Source: Escherichia coli
GTDB lineage: Bacteria; Pseudomonadota; Gammaproteobacteria; Enterobacterales; Enterobacteriaceae
NCBI RefSeq assembly: GCF_044324875.1
Contig: NZ_CP172185.1
Reading direction: 5' to 3' (one strand)
Length of the DNA: 64,000 bases
Shown: positions 63,396 through 64,000 of the stretch, piece after piece
How the letters are laid out: every line of letters starts with the position of its first letter
Numbering within the stretch: position 1 is the first letter of the stretch
Notes under the pieces: generated by a model
Databases searched by the model: none
What the model was told of the DNA's origin: nothing
What the model saw: the letters and a program-made list of their open reading frames with translations, nothing else
Translations under genes and position numbers: made by a program

Positions 63396-63616
63396 CTGCC
63401 CGGCGGCGCTGCGCTTGCGCGGGCCTGGGAGGGGATCCCGCAGGCCTCCTCAGGAACGTAGGCCGGATAAGGCATTTATGCCGCCATCCGGCACAACCAC
63501 AGGTATGGAGCTTGAAGTGTCCTGCCCGGCGGCGCTGCGCCTGCCGGGCCTGGGGGGTATCCCGCAGGCCTCCTCAGAAACGTAGGCCGGATAAGGCATG
63601 TATGCCGCCATCCGGC
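63396..63616. repeat. Two tandem ~97-bp REP/BIME-type palindromic repeat units
   Basis: Units 63396-63492 and 63522-63616, about 90% identical, each containing TAGGCCGGATAAGGCAT(T/G)TATGCCGCCATCCGGCA. Confidence 0.8.
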
Positions 63617-63692
63617 ATAAATGGAGCGCACCAGTCGTAGCCCGGCTAAGCGTAGCGCCAGCCGGGAACGCTCCTTCGACAACGCTATCGCA

Positions 63693-64000
63693 TCAGAACC
63701 ACGCCTCAAACATCCCGCCGACGTTCAGCGAATCCAGCTGCTGGTCTTTGGTGCCGTTGACCTTAGCGGTATGCTCGTTGTCCACCTGACCGCCGGTCAC
63801 GTAGAAGCGCAGCATCGGACGGAACTCCGGCCCCATGCCGATGGCGATGTTCTGCGACAGCGTCAGCTTCCAGCCGTGGTTATCCCCGCCCTGGTCGTAG
63901 TCCACGCGCTGGTAGCCCGCTTCCAGCCAGGTGGAGTGCACGTCGTTCCAGAAGTACATCGGCCGCACGATGGCACCGTAGTTTTTGCGGTTGTCGGTAT
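63693..64000 (-). CDS. LamB-family sugar porin, C-terminal part (gene runs off the window end)
   Basis: Minus-strand ORF ending ...DSLNVGGMFEAWF*, resembling maltoporin-type C-termini; frame open to the window edge. Confidence 0.55.
   Translation of the reverse strand, partial: TDNRKNYGAIVRPMYFWNDVHSTWLEAGYQRVDYDQGGDNHGWKLTLSQNIAIGMGPEFRPMLRFYVTGGQVDNEHTAKVNGTKDQQLDSLNVGGMFEAWF

Larger units (their letters stand above)
44158..64000. mobile_element. Genomic island at the 3' end of tRNA-Phe (integrase-proximal end; far boundary not in window)
   Basis: Conserved core genes stop at pheU; what follows is an integrase, accessory cargo, IS elements, pseudogenes and compositionally distinct blocks. 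No direct repeat of the tRNA 3' end was found inside the window. Confidence 0.75.

Noticed and set aside
63396-63616. Possible CRISPR array
   Set aside because: Only two repeat units of about 97 bp with internal palindromes and a REP-type core, no unique spacers and no cas genes; this is a REP/BIME element.

Overview
This window is an Escherichia coli-type chromosomal segment (rnr to pheU, reverse-complement of the usual K-12 orientation) followed by a roughly 20 kb genomic island inserted at the 3' end of tRNA-Phe. Positions 1-44160 are conserved core genes: rnr (5' end), nsrR, purA, yjeT, hflCKX, hfq, miaA, mutL, amiB, tsaE, nnr, queG, three tandem tRNA-Gly(GCC), orn, rsgA, psd, mscM, yjeO, yjeM, epmA, frdABCD, ampC, blc, gdx, ecnBA, efp, epmB, yjeJ, yjeI, groSL, yjeH, fxsA, aspA, dcuA, cutA, dsbD, yjdC and pheU. 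The island (44158 to beyond 64000) starts with a P4-type tyrosine integrase and carries the most interesting gene in the window: a single 1171-aa ORF (46069-49584) with an Upf1-like SF1 helicase core fused to a C-terminal single-HKD phospholipase-D nuclease domain. That architecture is what is described for single-gene Mokosh type II anti-phage defence; I call it a candidate defence gene, not a proven one. The rest of the island holds a sulfatase-family membrane protein, a beta-barrel outer-membrane protein, a Tat-signal PhoX-type phosphatase, a nest of IS fragments around an apparently intact IS66-family element, a truncated filamentous-haemagglutinin-like adhesin fragment, and a high-GC block of different compositional origin. 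All calls come from reading the sequence and translated ORFs against remembered protein families; no database search was run, and gene names on the island are deliberately left blank.
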